A stretch of 64,000 bases of DNA from the human T2T-CHM13v2.0 reference genome, Homo sapiens, in NCBI RefSeq assembly GCF_009914755.1, contig NC_060928.1, one strand, 5' to 3'. Under the pieces are notes generated by a model that had not been told where the DNA came from, ran no database searches, and saw only the letters and a list, made by a program, of their open reading frames with translations. Position numbers and translations under genes: made by a program. Shown here one piece after another: positions 12,566 to 30,510 of this stretch. The number at the start of each line of letters is the position of its first letter. The first letter of the stretch is position 1.

Positions 12566-15500
12566 AAGGCTATGTTTTTTCATTCAGATAAGCTTTCCTT
12601 CATTATTTTTTATTTCTTCTGTTCAAATTATTCTCATTTCTCCACTCAGGAATAGCTATAATTCTCAGTTTTCTCTCCATTCTTTTGCCATTTAGGTTTA
12701 TCATCTATTTCAACCTTTTCCACCTCATCTTTCCTAACATGCTGGGGAAGTTTCTCAAACTTGCCTTCAAATTCAATGATTTTATTTTCAGTTGTATTCA
12801 TTTTGCTCTTCACTACCTTCACTGTGTATTGTAATTCTCCTATTTTATTTTTATTTTCTTAAGTCCTTTCTTATTTAATGTATACTCCTGTTAAACCCAC
12901 CCTGTTAGTATTCTCTAAAGGTTAGTATTCTTATTTTACGGAGGTTGCTGGCTCAAATGCCATTTTCTTAGAATACTTTCCTTATCCCGAAGTAAATAAT
13001 TATTTATTCTTCTTACTTATCTCAAGATGATTTCCTTTTCCTTTCTTTCAGTTTTATTTGTAAGTTCTTGATGAGTACTTTCTTCCTTATTCACTTCAAA
13101 CATGGCAAAATCCATACCTGCCAGATAAGCCATACTTGATGCTTGCTAGTGGGCAATGAATGAATTGCACCCATTTCTCTCTGTCAATTTGGGAAATCAT
13201 TCTGTTTTCTTCAGAGATGCAGTGCTAGCTCAGCCCTCCCTCCAGAAGGAATTATTCCTGAGGAATGGTTCCCAAGCTTTGTTTTCCCCCAAAACATTCT
13301 TCTTCTGTAAGATGATAATAAAACAGGTTTTAAAAGGCGGGGAAGGGAGCAGTCCATTGAGAAGTAATTTTAGTAATCACTGTGGCAAACTGACTTGAAC
13401 AAGTTTCTTTACCTCAAACATCTTAGAGTTGACATATGCTAATGTGTATTGTGAATTCAGAGCTTTTATTTTCCTTATAGAGCACCTAATAATATCTTGT
13501 GGGAAATTAATGCTCCATAGAATAAAGTTGAGAAACAGAAATATCAAACATGCTTGCTCCATTGAGGTAGAATACGCCTCACCAAACCCCCTGCCTGGCC
13601 TGATTCTCTGATACTCTGAATTAATAAACACTTGAGAAACTACATTATATAGCATATTCTATTACCAATGCTATTTCTATGTCCACTTGCCTGAAGTGTT
13701 TTGTTTGTGAGTCTAAACTGGTCTGAGGGTGTCAATGCTGTCAGGGTCCACCATGAGAACTTGATGTCTGTGCTGAGGGAACTGTGTTCTCATGGGGCTG
13801 AGGCTCACCTCCATTGCTGCTACTGGGGAAGAAGAACCTTGGGTGCACTAAGCCCCCACTTATTGCCAGAGCCTTCCATGCATTGACACTGTGATACTTT
13901 CTATGCAGAGTTGGGGAAAATGCCTCCTTCTCCATAATTGAAAATATGTTGTACCTATTTCACTGAAACCACCATTTAATCTCCAAACATTTTACAAGAA
14001 TTTCTTATGTTTTTTTCTGTTTGTTTTTTGATCAGTTTTTCACACGTAGCCCATTGTTTTGTTAGGATTTAGATGTAAGGTCATGGGAGAGTCAGGATAT
14101 ACTTAGAACCTGCCTCCTCTGACAAATGAGAGATGATTCACCCTGGGTCAGATGCCTCATTCTCCCCTCTCGTAGGAGGAATTCTTTCTGGAAAGATTCC
14201 TTGGTTGTGCATGCAGAAGCATTTTAGTGGCTTTGCCTCACCAAATTCTCAGGCAGGCTCATCTTCTTGAACCAAGGTGGAGGCCTCTCCCACCTGCTCC
14301 TTGACAGCATAGACCTCATTCCACCAACAAGCATTTTATTGGGTCTTTCTCCTATGTGGAAAACACTAAAAATAAGTTTTTACAGATTCACACTACAATC
14401 TTAGAAGCTTGTCAATGGACAGTGAAGAACATTCAAAGAGGTAAAGTGACGTCTCTAATGGCATATAATTGGTACTAATTGTATTGGGACTAGAATTTAA
14501 TTTTTTTAACTCTAGATCTCACTTAAAAAAAAAAAAAGAAGAATTACAAACCACACTGCTTCTTTCCTCTTTTTTTCTGTTGACTAATAATCTAATTAAT
14601 CCAAATAATACCCATACCTTATCCTAACTTGCAGACATGACTCTGCAAGTTAGAATATTATAACAAAAATAGTATTTTTTTCTGGACCTAATGAATAAAA
14701 TCAACATGTTCAGAGTTTAGACTGTAAAAACTAAATTGACCATAATAGAAATTCAAAATAGATGACTAAACTGCAATGACTTATTTCTAAAAAATTACTA
14801 AAAATGTTAACAATAAAATTCTAGTGACAAATAATTTTTACACTAATGCACAGAACGTCCAAGTCAGCAATGGTAAAAAGGTTTATGACCATGACAACAT
14901 CATTTATTAGAAGACTGTTCACAGCAATATATCTGATGAGGAATTAAGGGTGGGTAAAGCTGCATTCAGTGAAGGAGTGTTTCACTGTTACTTTCAAGAT
15001 AAATGTCTCATGCTATTCAGACATGGAATATTTTAAACAGTATTTCACTGCCCTATAATCCTTCTTCATTCAGCCTTGTTTTCAAGGTACTTAAAAGGAA
15101 GTGACAACACAAATCTCATTCCCATCTCTAGCTGAATATCCTTTTCATTCTTTTCTTTCTGTGCATAAAATTTCTTAGGTAAATATAACCTAGACGAAAT
15201 AGGTGCATCAAAGGAGACTAATTCTGCTAGTTTGGGGCCTTTTGCAAAACAGGATTGCTCTCTTTGAAAACAGAATGTCTGGAAGACAAGAGGCCTTAGG
15301 CAGGCCACCTGCTGGGCAGGACACACAGGGCACAGCCGGACAGTTTCCCATTGCCACTGGCAACCAGAAAAAACATTTTCTACCCAACTGCTCTCCCTTT
15401 GTTACAGCAGTTTAAATGGTGGCACAGCCTTGCTTTCAATAATGGCCAAGGCTTTAAAAATTATGAGAAAATGTGATGAAGGCTAGTTTAATCTAAGTTA

Positions 15501-15723
15501 ATTATTTTAATTAGACACAAATAATTTCCTGGTAACCACATTTTTATGCCATAGGTCATCTGTGTAATGATAAGTGTCAAAACTTTTATCCAAAGTAAAG
15601 AGTGATGACAAGACAGAGAATCTAAACCCTAAAACTGGGAGCCCATTTTTCAAGAAGTTTACCCTACCAACCAATTTTTTCTTACTAAATCCAAATTTAT
15701 TTTTTATTTTTTATTTTGGTGGA

Positions 15724-16022
15724 TGTCTTAGTTTGCTGAGGTTGCCACAACAAAATACCACAGACTAGGTGGCTTAAACAATGGAAATATATTTTTTCAC
15801 AGTTTTAGAGGGTGGAAGTCCAAGATCAAGGGGTCGGCAGGTTTGGTTTCTTTTGAGGTCTTGCTCCTTGACTTGCAAGTGGCCACCATCTCACTGTGTC
15901 CTCCCATGGCCTTTCCTCTATGCATGTACATCCCTTGTGTCTCTTCCTCTTTTTATAAGAACAACAGTCACAGGATTAAGACACCACCCTTATGACCTCA
16001 TTTAACTTTTAATTGACTCTTA
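15724..16022 (-). mobile_element. MaLR LTR, MLT1B/C-like (partial)
   Basis: TGTCTTAGTTTGCTGAGGTTGCCACAACAAAATACCACAGACTAGGTGGCTTAAACAA is the reverse of an MLT1 3' end. Confidence 0.8.
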
Positions 16023-16707
16023 AGTAGCAGGAAATGTGATTTTGCTGGGGCACTATCTGACTCTGGCCTGATATCTAAATTGCCCAAGTGTCCTATAATT
16101 TGAATTCTTATGAGGTTGAAAAATCCAGCTGTTTTTGCACCCTAAGCTGAAGCAATTACAAAGGATGACTATAAAACTGAAGAAATAAAAGTAGGCAGTA
16201 AGCAATTTATGGGGAGAGATGAAATTAACTGTGTTGCCTCCCCACTCAAAACCATTGTTTCAGGAAGTCTTAAGTCAGCAGTCAGTACACTGAGCAGCTG
16301 GCAGAATGAGAGAACAGAGTCCATTAAGTAAAAGACAAGTGTCTTCATGGTTTAAATCTATTTCTAGAAAGATCCTTGGCTGTGAGTATTTAAACATGAA
16401 ACTGACTTGAAGCAATTGAACAAGAAATGTACTGCATTTTGGAGACAATTTTAGTGTCCCTCTCAAAAACAACCCCCCAAACAAATCATTCAGAAAAAAT
16501 ATAATAATAATAATAAAATAAAAACAAGCCTGGAGCCTGATGAGGAGTAGCTGGGCTTGAATTTACAGCTGCAGCAGTTAGGCTTCAAGAAATGAGCGGC
16601 AGTCATATGCCCGGGTTACTTAATGCATGCCTCAGATGTGGACAAGCAAGAATCTTCCTTAGGGCAGAGCCAGGAGGCTCGGTCTCAGGGACAATCGAAA
16701 ACGAGAG

Positions 16708-17259
16708 TATATTAGTTTTCAGTGCTGTTTAACAAAATACTGAAAACTTAATGGCTTAAGCAACAAACATTCATTAGCACACATTTTCTTTGGGTCAGGA
16801 GACCATGGATGGCTTAACTGGGCCACAATCAAGGTGTAGGCTGGGCTGCATTCTCATCTATAGATTTGACTTGGAATGAATCTGTTTCTGATCTCCCTCA
16901 GGTTGTTGGCAGAATTTATTTCTCTATGGCTGCAGGACTGACAGTTTTAGTTATTGCTAGGGTCTGCCTTCATCTCCTAGAGGCTGCTTACAATTCCTTG
17001 ACATGTGGGTTTCTTCAACATGGCCATTTCATGACAGCTTGCAACAGAGAGAGAGGACACTTTTGCTAACAAAAGTGGAGCTTATAAAATGTAGTGTAAT
17101 CACAGAAGTGACATTATTCCATCACATTTGCTATACCTATCCTTTTGGCTAGAAGCAAGTCGCAGATCCTTCCCACATTCAAAGGAAGAGGATCATAAAA
17201 TGGTGTGACCACTAAGAGGCAGGGATCACTGGGACAGCTTTACAGCCTATCTGCCATAG
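16708..17259 (-). mobile_element. MaLR LTR, MLT1D/E-like
   Basis: TATATTAGTTTTC...AATGGCTTAAGCAAC...GGTTGTTGGCAGAATTTATTTC...CTATCTGCCATA. Confidence 0.75.
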
Positions 17260-17813
17260 ACAGCCTTTCCACAGAAAGTAACAGGGCTTTCAGATGGTCT
17301 AAGATGTTTCCTTCACCATTAGGGTGTGCAGTCTTTGCTTTTCCTGCTTAGCAAAATTTGATAATTGCTATGGATCAGAGACTATTGTATGCTTTCTATT
17401 AGGCAAAACTGCTTGCACCAAAGTGATATTTATTTCTTTATCGAATTGAGGAAGTAGCTTTATTAACATCATTTCGTTTTTTCTCTACTGTTTTGTATTG
17501 GGTACATTGAAGGAAAATACCTTGCATTTTAGTTTATAAATCATCAAACCATTAGAAGCAGCTCCAGAGATCCTAGAATTGGAGCTGGACACAGTATTGG
17601 ATAGACTTCAGGGTTGCATCTTGGGCATGGAGTGGATATGTTCCATGAATGGGTAAAATATGAATGTCTGTCTGGGTAGCCAAAGAGGCAACTATGTCAA
17701 AGAATATTAGTTTTATGCCACCAGATCCATTCTCATCATCCTCTCCTCTGATTTTTAGCTTGGCCCACAGAATTTATCATGAAGTCAATGAATAGCCATT
17801 ACAAGTTATTAAT

Positions 17814-18406
17814 CAGGATTGCTAGATGTCCTGTAATGCACAGGGCCATCCTGCACAACAAAAGATTGTCCCATATTCCTCATGACTTTTGAAATGTTTC
17901 CTCCTATATTCATGTGTATGAAAAACCTGTTTAAAATTATCTGAGCCTAATATCTAACCCTGGGTTAAAAATAATTTCAAATATTTTTGCATGGTTTTAA
18001 TATGCATTGTGTTATCCAAAAGTGCAACTACCATGTACATTAAGAGATGATTGGGTTTGGGTCTTTACCAAGAGTAGGTTATCATGTCAGAAAATCACAT
18101 CACTGATATTAATGATCCTTGTATATTTAACTTGCTGGTACTTCTTTAGTCTGTATTTCTGTCACTTTCATGATATTCTAAGCATAGAAATAAGTATTTG
18201 ACTGTTTCATTATGTCTTACAGTGTAGTCATGATCATATGGAAATCCATAATACAGACTTTCATCTTTACATTATAGATTACATTGAAATGTATTTGTGA
18301 AGATAGATTATGTTATCTAGAAAGTTAATCTCAGGATAAAAAAGTATTATAAACTATTTTTTATAAAAAGTAGAAGCATTGGGCATGACAGGGTTGAAAC
18401 ATACTG
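17814..18406 (-). mobile_element. MER20B (hAT-Charlie)
   Basis: GCTAGATGTCCTGTAATGCACAGG...GAAAAACCTGTTTAAAATTATCTGAGCCTA...GGGTTGAAACATACTG matches the reverse MER20B consensus including one terminus. Confidence 0.7.
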
Positions 18407-19241
18407 ATTTAAGTAAAAGGCTAAACTAAATGTTTGTGGCATTTCGTGGGTAGAGGTTAGGGATGCTTTCTTAAAATGAATATATTAGTCATACAAAATA
18501 AAAAATTGTTTCGTATCCTGCACCACTTCAAAATGTATCATCTTACATTCCTGTAGATAAAAATTCTGTTCATAATTGTGTGATAAATTAAGGGAAGTCT
18601 TTATCTCCATAATTTTCTGAGAAAAAAATTATGTTTTATAAATGCTAAAAGCAGAGTTACTATCAACAAAACAAAAGCAACCATGTATTTTGGTGCAAGC
18701 TTTGTATCAGACACTCTGCTTTACATACCGCATCTTAAGTAATCCTTATCCCAATATTGTTAGTAGGTTTATAGCAGTGGACTATTAATCAAATTATGCT
18801 GTAAGGACTTCTATCACTTACTAGGTCATTTGATTAGTAGCTAGTACTGCTTGGGCAAATCAATTATCTTGTTTTCTAATCCTCAATTTTCTTATTAATC
18901 AATAAAATGGAGGAAAACAATAAATGTAATTCAGAGGATTGATGTAATTATTAAATAAAACACAATTTTGAAGTTAGTATAGTGTAGTAATACTTTGCTG
19001 ATAATTAGAAAGTGAATTTTGAAGATTTAGTTCTTTTTCAATATCTTTAATTATAAATTTATATAATTTATAATTTAATAATGTAACTATAATTTAATAT
19101 ATAACTTTAAGATTATTTAACCAATTTTTGTAGTATTCACAATGTAATGACAATGGGCAAAACACATTTATGTTTACACTACATTATCAGCTTTTTCTTC
19201 CTCACTTTCTTAAGTATAGACAATCAACAAAACAATAAATC

Positions 19242-19631
19242 TGGCCTTGATTTGTAGCATTTGCTTATTTTCATGGTGCAAATACTTCCAGCATAAGAGT
19301 TTAAGCTATCAATGTTACATCATTAAGCTAGAATAGGGAAGAAATGGACAGTATGCTATTGCACAGTATTTCCATAAGACAGATAAAATAGAGGTAGAGC
19401 ACAGGTGATATGCTCAAGAGCAGAGGTAATAGTAAAATGTAATAAGATATTTAGGAAATGATGGGTTTTGAGTATTTAATTATTTCATTTTTAGTATGAT
19501 CTCTTTAATTATAAGTTTATATAATTTAAAATTTAATAATGTCTGTATTTAAAAACTGGCTAGCAGAATTCCGGAAAACTTAATAATCAGCTTTCATGAA
19601 TTGGTACAAGGTGACTCCAGCATGACATTGG
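19242..19631 (-). mobile_element. MER63 (hAT-Blackjack)
   Basis: GATTTGTAGCATTTGC...GGGTTTTGAGTATTT...TTGGTACAAGGTGACTCCAGCATGACATTGG matches reverse MER63B/C. Confidence 0.75.
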
Positions 19632-20098
19632 TTTTATCTTATGAATAAAAGATTTATATAACATTGAAAATTGAACAATATAATATATTAACAGAATTAG
19701 AAAAACCACATAGCAATCTTATTAAATGACTAAATAATCTGATACAACTCATTATTCATTTATAATAGAAACTCTCAGAAATCCAACATTAAAAGGCAGC
19801 CTTCTCGATTTGACAAAGAGTGTCTATAAAAATCCTATAGCTAGTATCACAGTTAATTGTGGAAAATGATGATGAGATACTGTTAGGGCATGAATAAATT
19901 TGCAATAATGTTAACAGATCAGGCCAAAATAGTATAAGGGCAGAACGATGAGTTAGTTGATGCCGGCCATACAAAAATTAGAAGTTCTAGAAACACTGTG
20001 GGAATCTCAAGCTTCATAAAATTAAAATTTATTTTAAAGACATGGACTTAGAAATCCCATGAGGTAGCACTGGAGACTTACATATAAAACAAGATGCT

Positions 20099-20345
20099 GG
20101 TTGGGAGCGGTGGCTCACACCTGTAATCCTAGCACATTGGGAAGCGGATGGATCACTTGAGGTCAAGAGTTCGAGACCAGCCTCATGAACATGGAGAAAC
20201 CCCATCTCTACTAAAAAAAAATACAAAATTAGCTGAGCGTGGTGGCACACACCTGTAATACCAGCTACTTTGGAGGCTGAGGCAGGAGAATTGCTTGAAT
20301 CCAGGAGGTGGATGTTGCAGTGAGTTGAGATCCTGCCATTACACT
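20099..20345 (+). mobile_element. AluS (Sp-like), 3'-truncated
   Basis: GGTTGGGAGCGGTGGCTCACACCTGTAATCC...CATGGAGAAACCCC...GAGATCCTGCCATTACAC, then an abrupt end with no A-tail. Confidence 0.88.
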
Positions 20346-22393
20346 TTTCAAGAATTTGATTAAGTAGTTTTGCAAACAATAGGAAAATCTAACTTGTTAT
20401 ATCCATAATTTTTTATTTGATAATTGCATAAGTATTGTGGCTATTTAGAGGAATGCTACTTGTTTAATGATAAACAAATGTTAATGTTTCATTAACAAGA
20501 TAAATGTATTAAATAAGGAAGGTAGTCAAGAATATTCATGTACATGCAAAAAACTTAATCAGATATTGATAATTCCATCAAGAATATGGACAATATTTAA
20601 ATTGAAGGACACTCATCCAGAAGTATTCATAATAGTAAATAATGCTTGGAGATCTAATTTAGGATTCTGGTTGAACAGATTATCACATGGCCATTGAATT
20701 CTAGTAATATAATTTGTAGAAATTATATGCAAAATACTGAGCATAAAGAACTAAGTAAGAAGAGCATAGGACAAAACAGTGTGTATAATATAGTATTAAA
20801 AACGTTATTATATACAGATGTTTGAATGCATTTTTGTTTGTCAGTTTAAATTTAAAAAGTCTATCAGCTAAATATGCATCTTTTGTAAGAGTCTTTTCAA
20901 AGATTGTAGAATAGGCTACAATGATTTAATAATACAAATATTTTAATTTGTAATTTTAAAAATCCTGTGTTTGTGACAGAAGTGTTGCATTGGAAATGAT
21001 TAAGAAGTGCAAAATTTATTTCTTAGAATTCCGTTTAACTTAGAGACATTGTTTTATGGTACAAACCATCAAAAAATCTAAAAAATTCTTATAATCATAT
21101 GTTATATATGTGTGCATAGACATATATGTATACATGTACACTATATGTATATGCATATGTACATGCATACAATATTTGAAGGTCATATGCCAAGATAGTA
21201 ATAGTAATTACTTTGGATTCCGGGGATATATACAATTTAAATATTTTCATTAATGTCTTAAGTTTTTCCTTCAGTTGAAATTTTTCTTCTATAATTTAAA
21301 AAAATACCAAAAAAGCTATAATATTTTTGCGATTTTACTTAAGTATGGAAATTTGTCTAAGTGTAGAAAAACATTGGAAAAAATCTTAAAGTCCAGTAAT
21401 AGAGAAATGATTTAATACATTTTGATATAATTTTATTAAACCTGTTCAATCATTAAAATGTTAATAACTAAGTGATAATAATACTCTTGAGTGAAAAATG
21501 ATGAATACATCATTATAAATATTTCATAATTTTAATTTTATTTTCAAGCAATCTGTTATTATCTTAAATTGCATGCATTATCCAGAAGATGTATGAATAT
21601 TTTACTTTCAGTGATTTTTAAGATTTTCACAATATAACTTTGTATTAACCTCAAATATTTTTCTTGTTTTTCTCTGAAAGAGTTATCTTTCTGCTTACTT
21701 CAAACTCTCCAGCAACTGGTCAAAATGTACTTGTATTATCACACGTGTAAGATTTTATTAGCATAAATCGTGTTCATCTATATTGCTATACAATAAACAT
21801 AAGGATAATACATGCCTAGACCTCGGAAAATTGTACTTATTAATATTCAATGATACATTATTTGAATTTCAGTAAGAACCGCTGGGCAAAATGATAAATA
21901 TTTCAGTGGGAATTATCACAGCACATGTCTAATCCTTGGGTGGAAAATGAGAGGATTTTTGAACAGAGGGAGGAAGGAACTTTTTCTGGCATGTGAAGGT
22001 CTAAGTTCCAAGGCATGGGGGTCCCTTACGTTTCTAGGACTCAACATTCTTAACTCTAAATCGAGAGGAGCCATATTAAATAATCTGTAACATCCGTATC
22101 TCCTCAAACTCTCCAACACTTTCATATATAGATTGAAAATTGAAGGGATAAAAACAGTAACATATCATCTTCACAACAATTATGTTAGCTTACTCTTCAT
22201 CAATATGCATGGTTACTATGGATATTACAAGGCAGTTGAAAATAGCCTTATTATATTGAATGTGCCGTTGCAATTACATCTTTTAATGTGATTTTTCTCT
22301 TTTCCTTCTTTTTTTGGAAACATCCTATCTTGACTTTGGACTACTTTTAAGTTAGGTCATCCAGAAGATAGCAAGTGTTCTGTGCTAAGAATA

Positions 22394-24760
22394 CAGGCAT
22401 AATGTGGATATGGCTCCAGACCATTGCACAAAAGCAAATATCACAATAAAACAATCACATGAACTTTTTGGTTTCACAGGGCATATAAAAGTTATGTTTA
22501 CACTACACTGTAGTCTCTTAAGTGTGTAATAGCATTATGTCTAAAAAATAATGTACAGGACTTAATTTAAAGATACTTTGTTACTAAAAAATGCTAACAG
22601 TAATCTTAGCCTTCAGCAAGATTTTTGCTGGTGGAGGGTTTTGCCTCCATGTTGATGGCTGCTGACTGATTAAGGTAAGGTGGTGGTTGCTGAAGTTTGG
22701 GTGGCTGTGGCCATTTCTTAAAATAAGACAACAATGAAGTTTGCTGCATTGATTGACTCTTCCTTTCATGAAACATTTCTCTGCATCATGTGACACTGTT
22801 TGATAGCATTTTACCCACAGTAAAAGTTCTTTCAAAATTGGAGTCAATCCTCTCAAACCCCACCACTGCTTTATCAATTAAGTTGATGTAATAGTCTAAA
22901 TCCTTTGTTGTCATTTCAACAAAGTTCACTGCATCTTCACCAGTAGTGGATTCCATCTCAAGAAACTATGTTATTTCCTCATCCATAAGAAGCAACCCTT
23001 CATCTGTTCAAGTTTATTACATTATAGCAATTCAGTTATATCTTCAGGCTCCACTTCTAATCCTAGTTCTCTTTCTATTTCCATCTCTTCTTCAGTTACT
23101 TCCTCCACTGAAGTCTTGAATCCCTCAAAGTCATGCATGAGGGTTGGAAAAAACTTCTTCTAAGCTCCTGTGAATGTGTATATTTTGACCTCCTCCCATA
23201 AATCATGAGTGTACTTAATTGGAATCTAGAATTGTGAATCTTTTCCACAAGGTTTTCTATTTACTTTGCCCAAATACATCAGAGGAATACCTATCTATGG
23301 CAGCTATAGTCTTACAAAATATATTTCTTCAATCACCAAACTTGAAATTGTTCCTTGATTTATAGGCTGCAAAATAAATGTTATTAGTAAGCATAAAAAC
23401 AACATTAATTCTCCTTGAACATTTCCATTGGAGATCTTGGGTGGCCAGGTACATGATCAATGAGCAGTGATATTTTAAAAGGAATATTTCTGAACAGTGG
23501 TTTTCAATAGCGGGCTTAAAATATTCAGCTAACTACACTGTAAACAGATGTGCTGTCAGCCAGGCTTTGTTATTCTATATATAGAGCACAGGCAGAGTAG
23601 ATTAAGTATAATTCTTAAGGGCCCTAGGATTTTCCAAATGGTAAATGAGCATTAGTTTCAACATAAAGTGGCCAGTTGCATTAACCCCTAAGAAGAGAGT
23701 CAGTCTGTCATTAGAAGCTTTGAAGCCCGTCACTGACTTCTCCTCTCTAGCTATGAAAGTCCTAGATGGCATCTTCTTCCAATAGAATGCTGTTTTGTCT
23801 ACACTGAAAATCTGTTGTTTACTGTAGCCACCTTCACCAGTGAGATCAGCCTAGATCTTCTGGATAACTTGCTGCAGTTTCTACATCAGCACTTGCTTCA
23901 CCTTGCATCTTTATGTTATGGAGATGGCTTCTTTCATTAAACCTCATGAACCAAACTCTGCTACCTTTCAACTTTTCTTCTGCAGATTTTTCATCTCTCT
24001 CTGCCTTCATAGAACTGAAGAGAGTTACGGCCTTGCTCTGGATTAGGTCTTGGTTTAAGGGAAAGTTGTGGCTGGTTTGATCTTCTATCCAGGCTGCTTA
24101 TACTTTGTGTCAGCAATAAGCCTGTTTTGCTTTCTTATTTGTATGCTCATGGCAATAGCAATTTTAATTTCCTTCAAGATCTTTCCCTTCGCATTCATAA
24201 CTTGGCTAACTGTTTGGTGCAAGAGGCCTAGCTTTTACCCCTTCTCACCTTTCAACATGCCTTCCTCACCAAGCTTAACCATTTCTAGCTTTCAGTCTAA
24301 AGTGGGAGATGAGCAGCTCTTCTTTTCACTTGAATACTTAGAGGCCTTTGTAGGCACATTCCCTGGCCTAATTTCAATAATGTTGTGTCTCAGGGAATAG
24401 GGAGGCCCAAAGAGAGGGAGAGAGATGGGGTAATGGCCGGTTAAAGGAGCAGTCAGGGCACCCATAACATTGATCAATCAAGTTTGCCATCTTATATGTA
24501 TGATTGTTTGTGGTACCCCAATACAATTACAATAGTAACATCAAAGATTACTGATCACAGATTACCATAAAAGTTATAATAATAATGAAAAGATTTAAAA
24601 TATTGCGAGACTTATCAAAATGTGACAGAGACAGAAAGTGAGCACATGCTGTTGGACAATGGTGCCAACAGACTTGCTTGATCCAGGGTTGTCACAAACC
24701 TTTGTAAAAAACATATCTAAAACTTCATAAATCAAAGCACAATAAAATAAGGAATTCTTG
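22394..24760 (-). mobile_element. Near full-length Tigger1 (TcMar-Tigger) with dead transposase
   Basis: TA+CAGGCATA left terminus and degenerate right terminus AAAGCACAATAAAATAAGGAATTCTTG, about 2.37 kb. The minus strand encodes ASKYSSEKKS...LEMVKLGEEGM, similar to the Tigger1/TIGD1 N-terminus, with the start ATG replaced by AAG and in-frame stops. Confidence 0.92.
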
Positions 24761-25805
24761 TGTTTGTATGGACTTTAAAAGATATTCTTAAACAAACGTT
24801 GTATGTATCACTTACTTAGAGATGGATACTTCTGCAATGCACACAGAATTTTTGAAATTAAAATTACGTATTATGGTTTAAATATTTGTACTCTTGGCCA
24901 TCATATTATTTGTATTATTAGGCCATTGTAGTCTTTTCTCTGACATGAGAAGATTCTTCAAGTAAGTACCTATTTTAGGCTTAGTGTTCTTTGATTTAAA
25001 CCATTGAATAATAATCTGTTTGAAAATCTGGTCTGTCTGTGAGTCGATTACTCAGTGGGCAACAAGAGCTCTCCTTCTTTAGTTCAGATGTATGAGTTAT
25101 AAAAATCCTGGGACTTTAGAATTTTTCATTTTACTTATTTTAACTGATACCTGAAGTATTTTAACCTTTGGTATGGATTTTATTTTCTAAAACCTGGATG
25201 AATTACAAAGAATCTAAGAAAGTCTAGGGAGGAAAAATAAGGGCAATTAAAAATGAGGCTTTCCCTCTCCTCCATTCCTCATATATTAATGTCCTTTCAG
25301 ACACAATAAACCAACCTTTTCTAAAATTGCTCCTATCCGGCAACAAATTGCATGTGATTGGCTTGTTCATTAGTTGCATGTCAATTCCCCCATTTAATCT
25401 GTAAGCTGCATGAGCGCAGAAATTTTTCACATAGCACTGTATAGACTGTACCTAGCATAGTGCCTGGCATATAGTAAGGAAGCAACTAACAACTGTCGAA
25501 TCAATGAAAGAAAACATGAACCTATTAGACAAGCATCTTTTTCAAGAAATGGGAAAGGAATTTTTGTTATATTGACTGAAAAAGACTGAAGGAAGTCATT
25601 ATAATTTTGAGATATTCAATATATTTCTAGCTAAATTTTGGGGTGCTGTAATTTATCTTATTTAATTGTTACAAGGACCTCTAAAAGTTCAGTTTCGTTG
25701 TTTCTATTTTGTAGATTAGAAAACTACAACTGATGGAATTTAATAACTTGCCTGAAGTCACTTAGCTAGTAGGAATTTGAATCCAGATTTGTCTGACTAC
25801 AGAGG

Positions 25806-26001
25806 TGTTAAGAACTAAATTGTGCTCCCCAAAATTCCTGAGTTGAATTCCTGCCCCCCCACAATATGACTATATTTGGAGATGGACAAACTGAAGAGGT
25901 AATTAAGGGTGTAGTCCTAATCCAATAGGAAGATCAATTTCTGTTCTTTAAGCCACTTCGTCTGTGGGATTTTGTTATGGCAGCCTGAGCAGACTAGCAC
26001 A
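25806..26001 (+). mobile_element. MLT1A-like LTR with internal deletion
   Basis: Both MLT1A ends are present (TGTTAAGAACTAAATTGTGCTCCCCAAAATTC ... GGCAGCCTGAGCAGACTAGCACA) within only about 195 bp. Confidence 0.7.
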
Positions 26002-26615
26002 AGTGGAGAAAAAGAAAAAAAATAGCAAAAAAAGAAAGAAATAAAGAAAGAATAGAATGTAACATAATAGCAAAAAATTATTTATATGAATTTGGAGAAG
26101 AAAATTGTGGAATATCTTTCTTTGGACAATTTTAAGAATAGGCTGAGCTATTAGATTTAGATTTTATTCTAAATAAATCTAAATCTGTGTGATTTAGATT
26201 TTATTCTTCTTGGAGGCAGTGGTATGATTTAGATAATCTATTAAAATAACTGCTGATCTATGTTTCCAGGGACTAAAATAAATTTTAAAAGATGACGCTA
26301 ATGAGAGTTAGAGCTTAATATTAAAGGGAAGACCATTTATTTTCTTTCCATTTTTCTTTTTCACTCTTGGGCCCCTCCTCTTTCTTTTTTTTTTCTTTTC
26401 TTTTTTTTGTTATTATATTTTAAGTTCTAGGGTACATGTGCACAACATGCAGGTTTGTTACATATGTATACATGTGCCATGTTGGTTTGCTGAACCCATC
26501 AACTCATCATTTACATTAGGTATTTCTCCTAATGCTATCCCTCACCCAGATCCCCACCCCCAGACAGGCCCTGATGTGTGATGTTCCATGCCCTGTGTCC
26601 AAGTGTTCTCATTGT

Positions 26616-30448
<3,833 letters not shown>

Positions 30449-30510
30449 TATGATGTTAGCTGGTTATTTTGCCCATTAGTTGAGCAGTTTCTTCCTAGCT
30501 TCGATGGTCT

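Noticed and set aside
22394-24760. Domesticated TIGD-like gene
   Set aside because: The start codon is lost and early in-frame stops are present, so it is an ordinary dead Tigger1.
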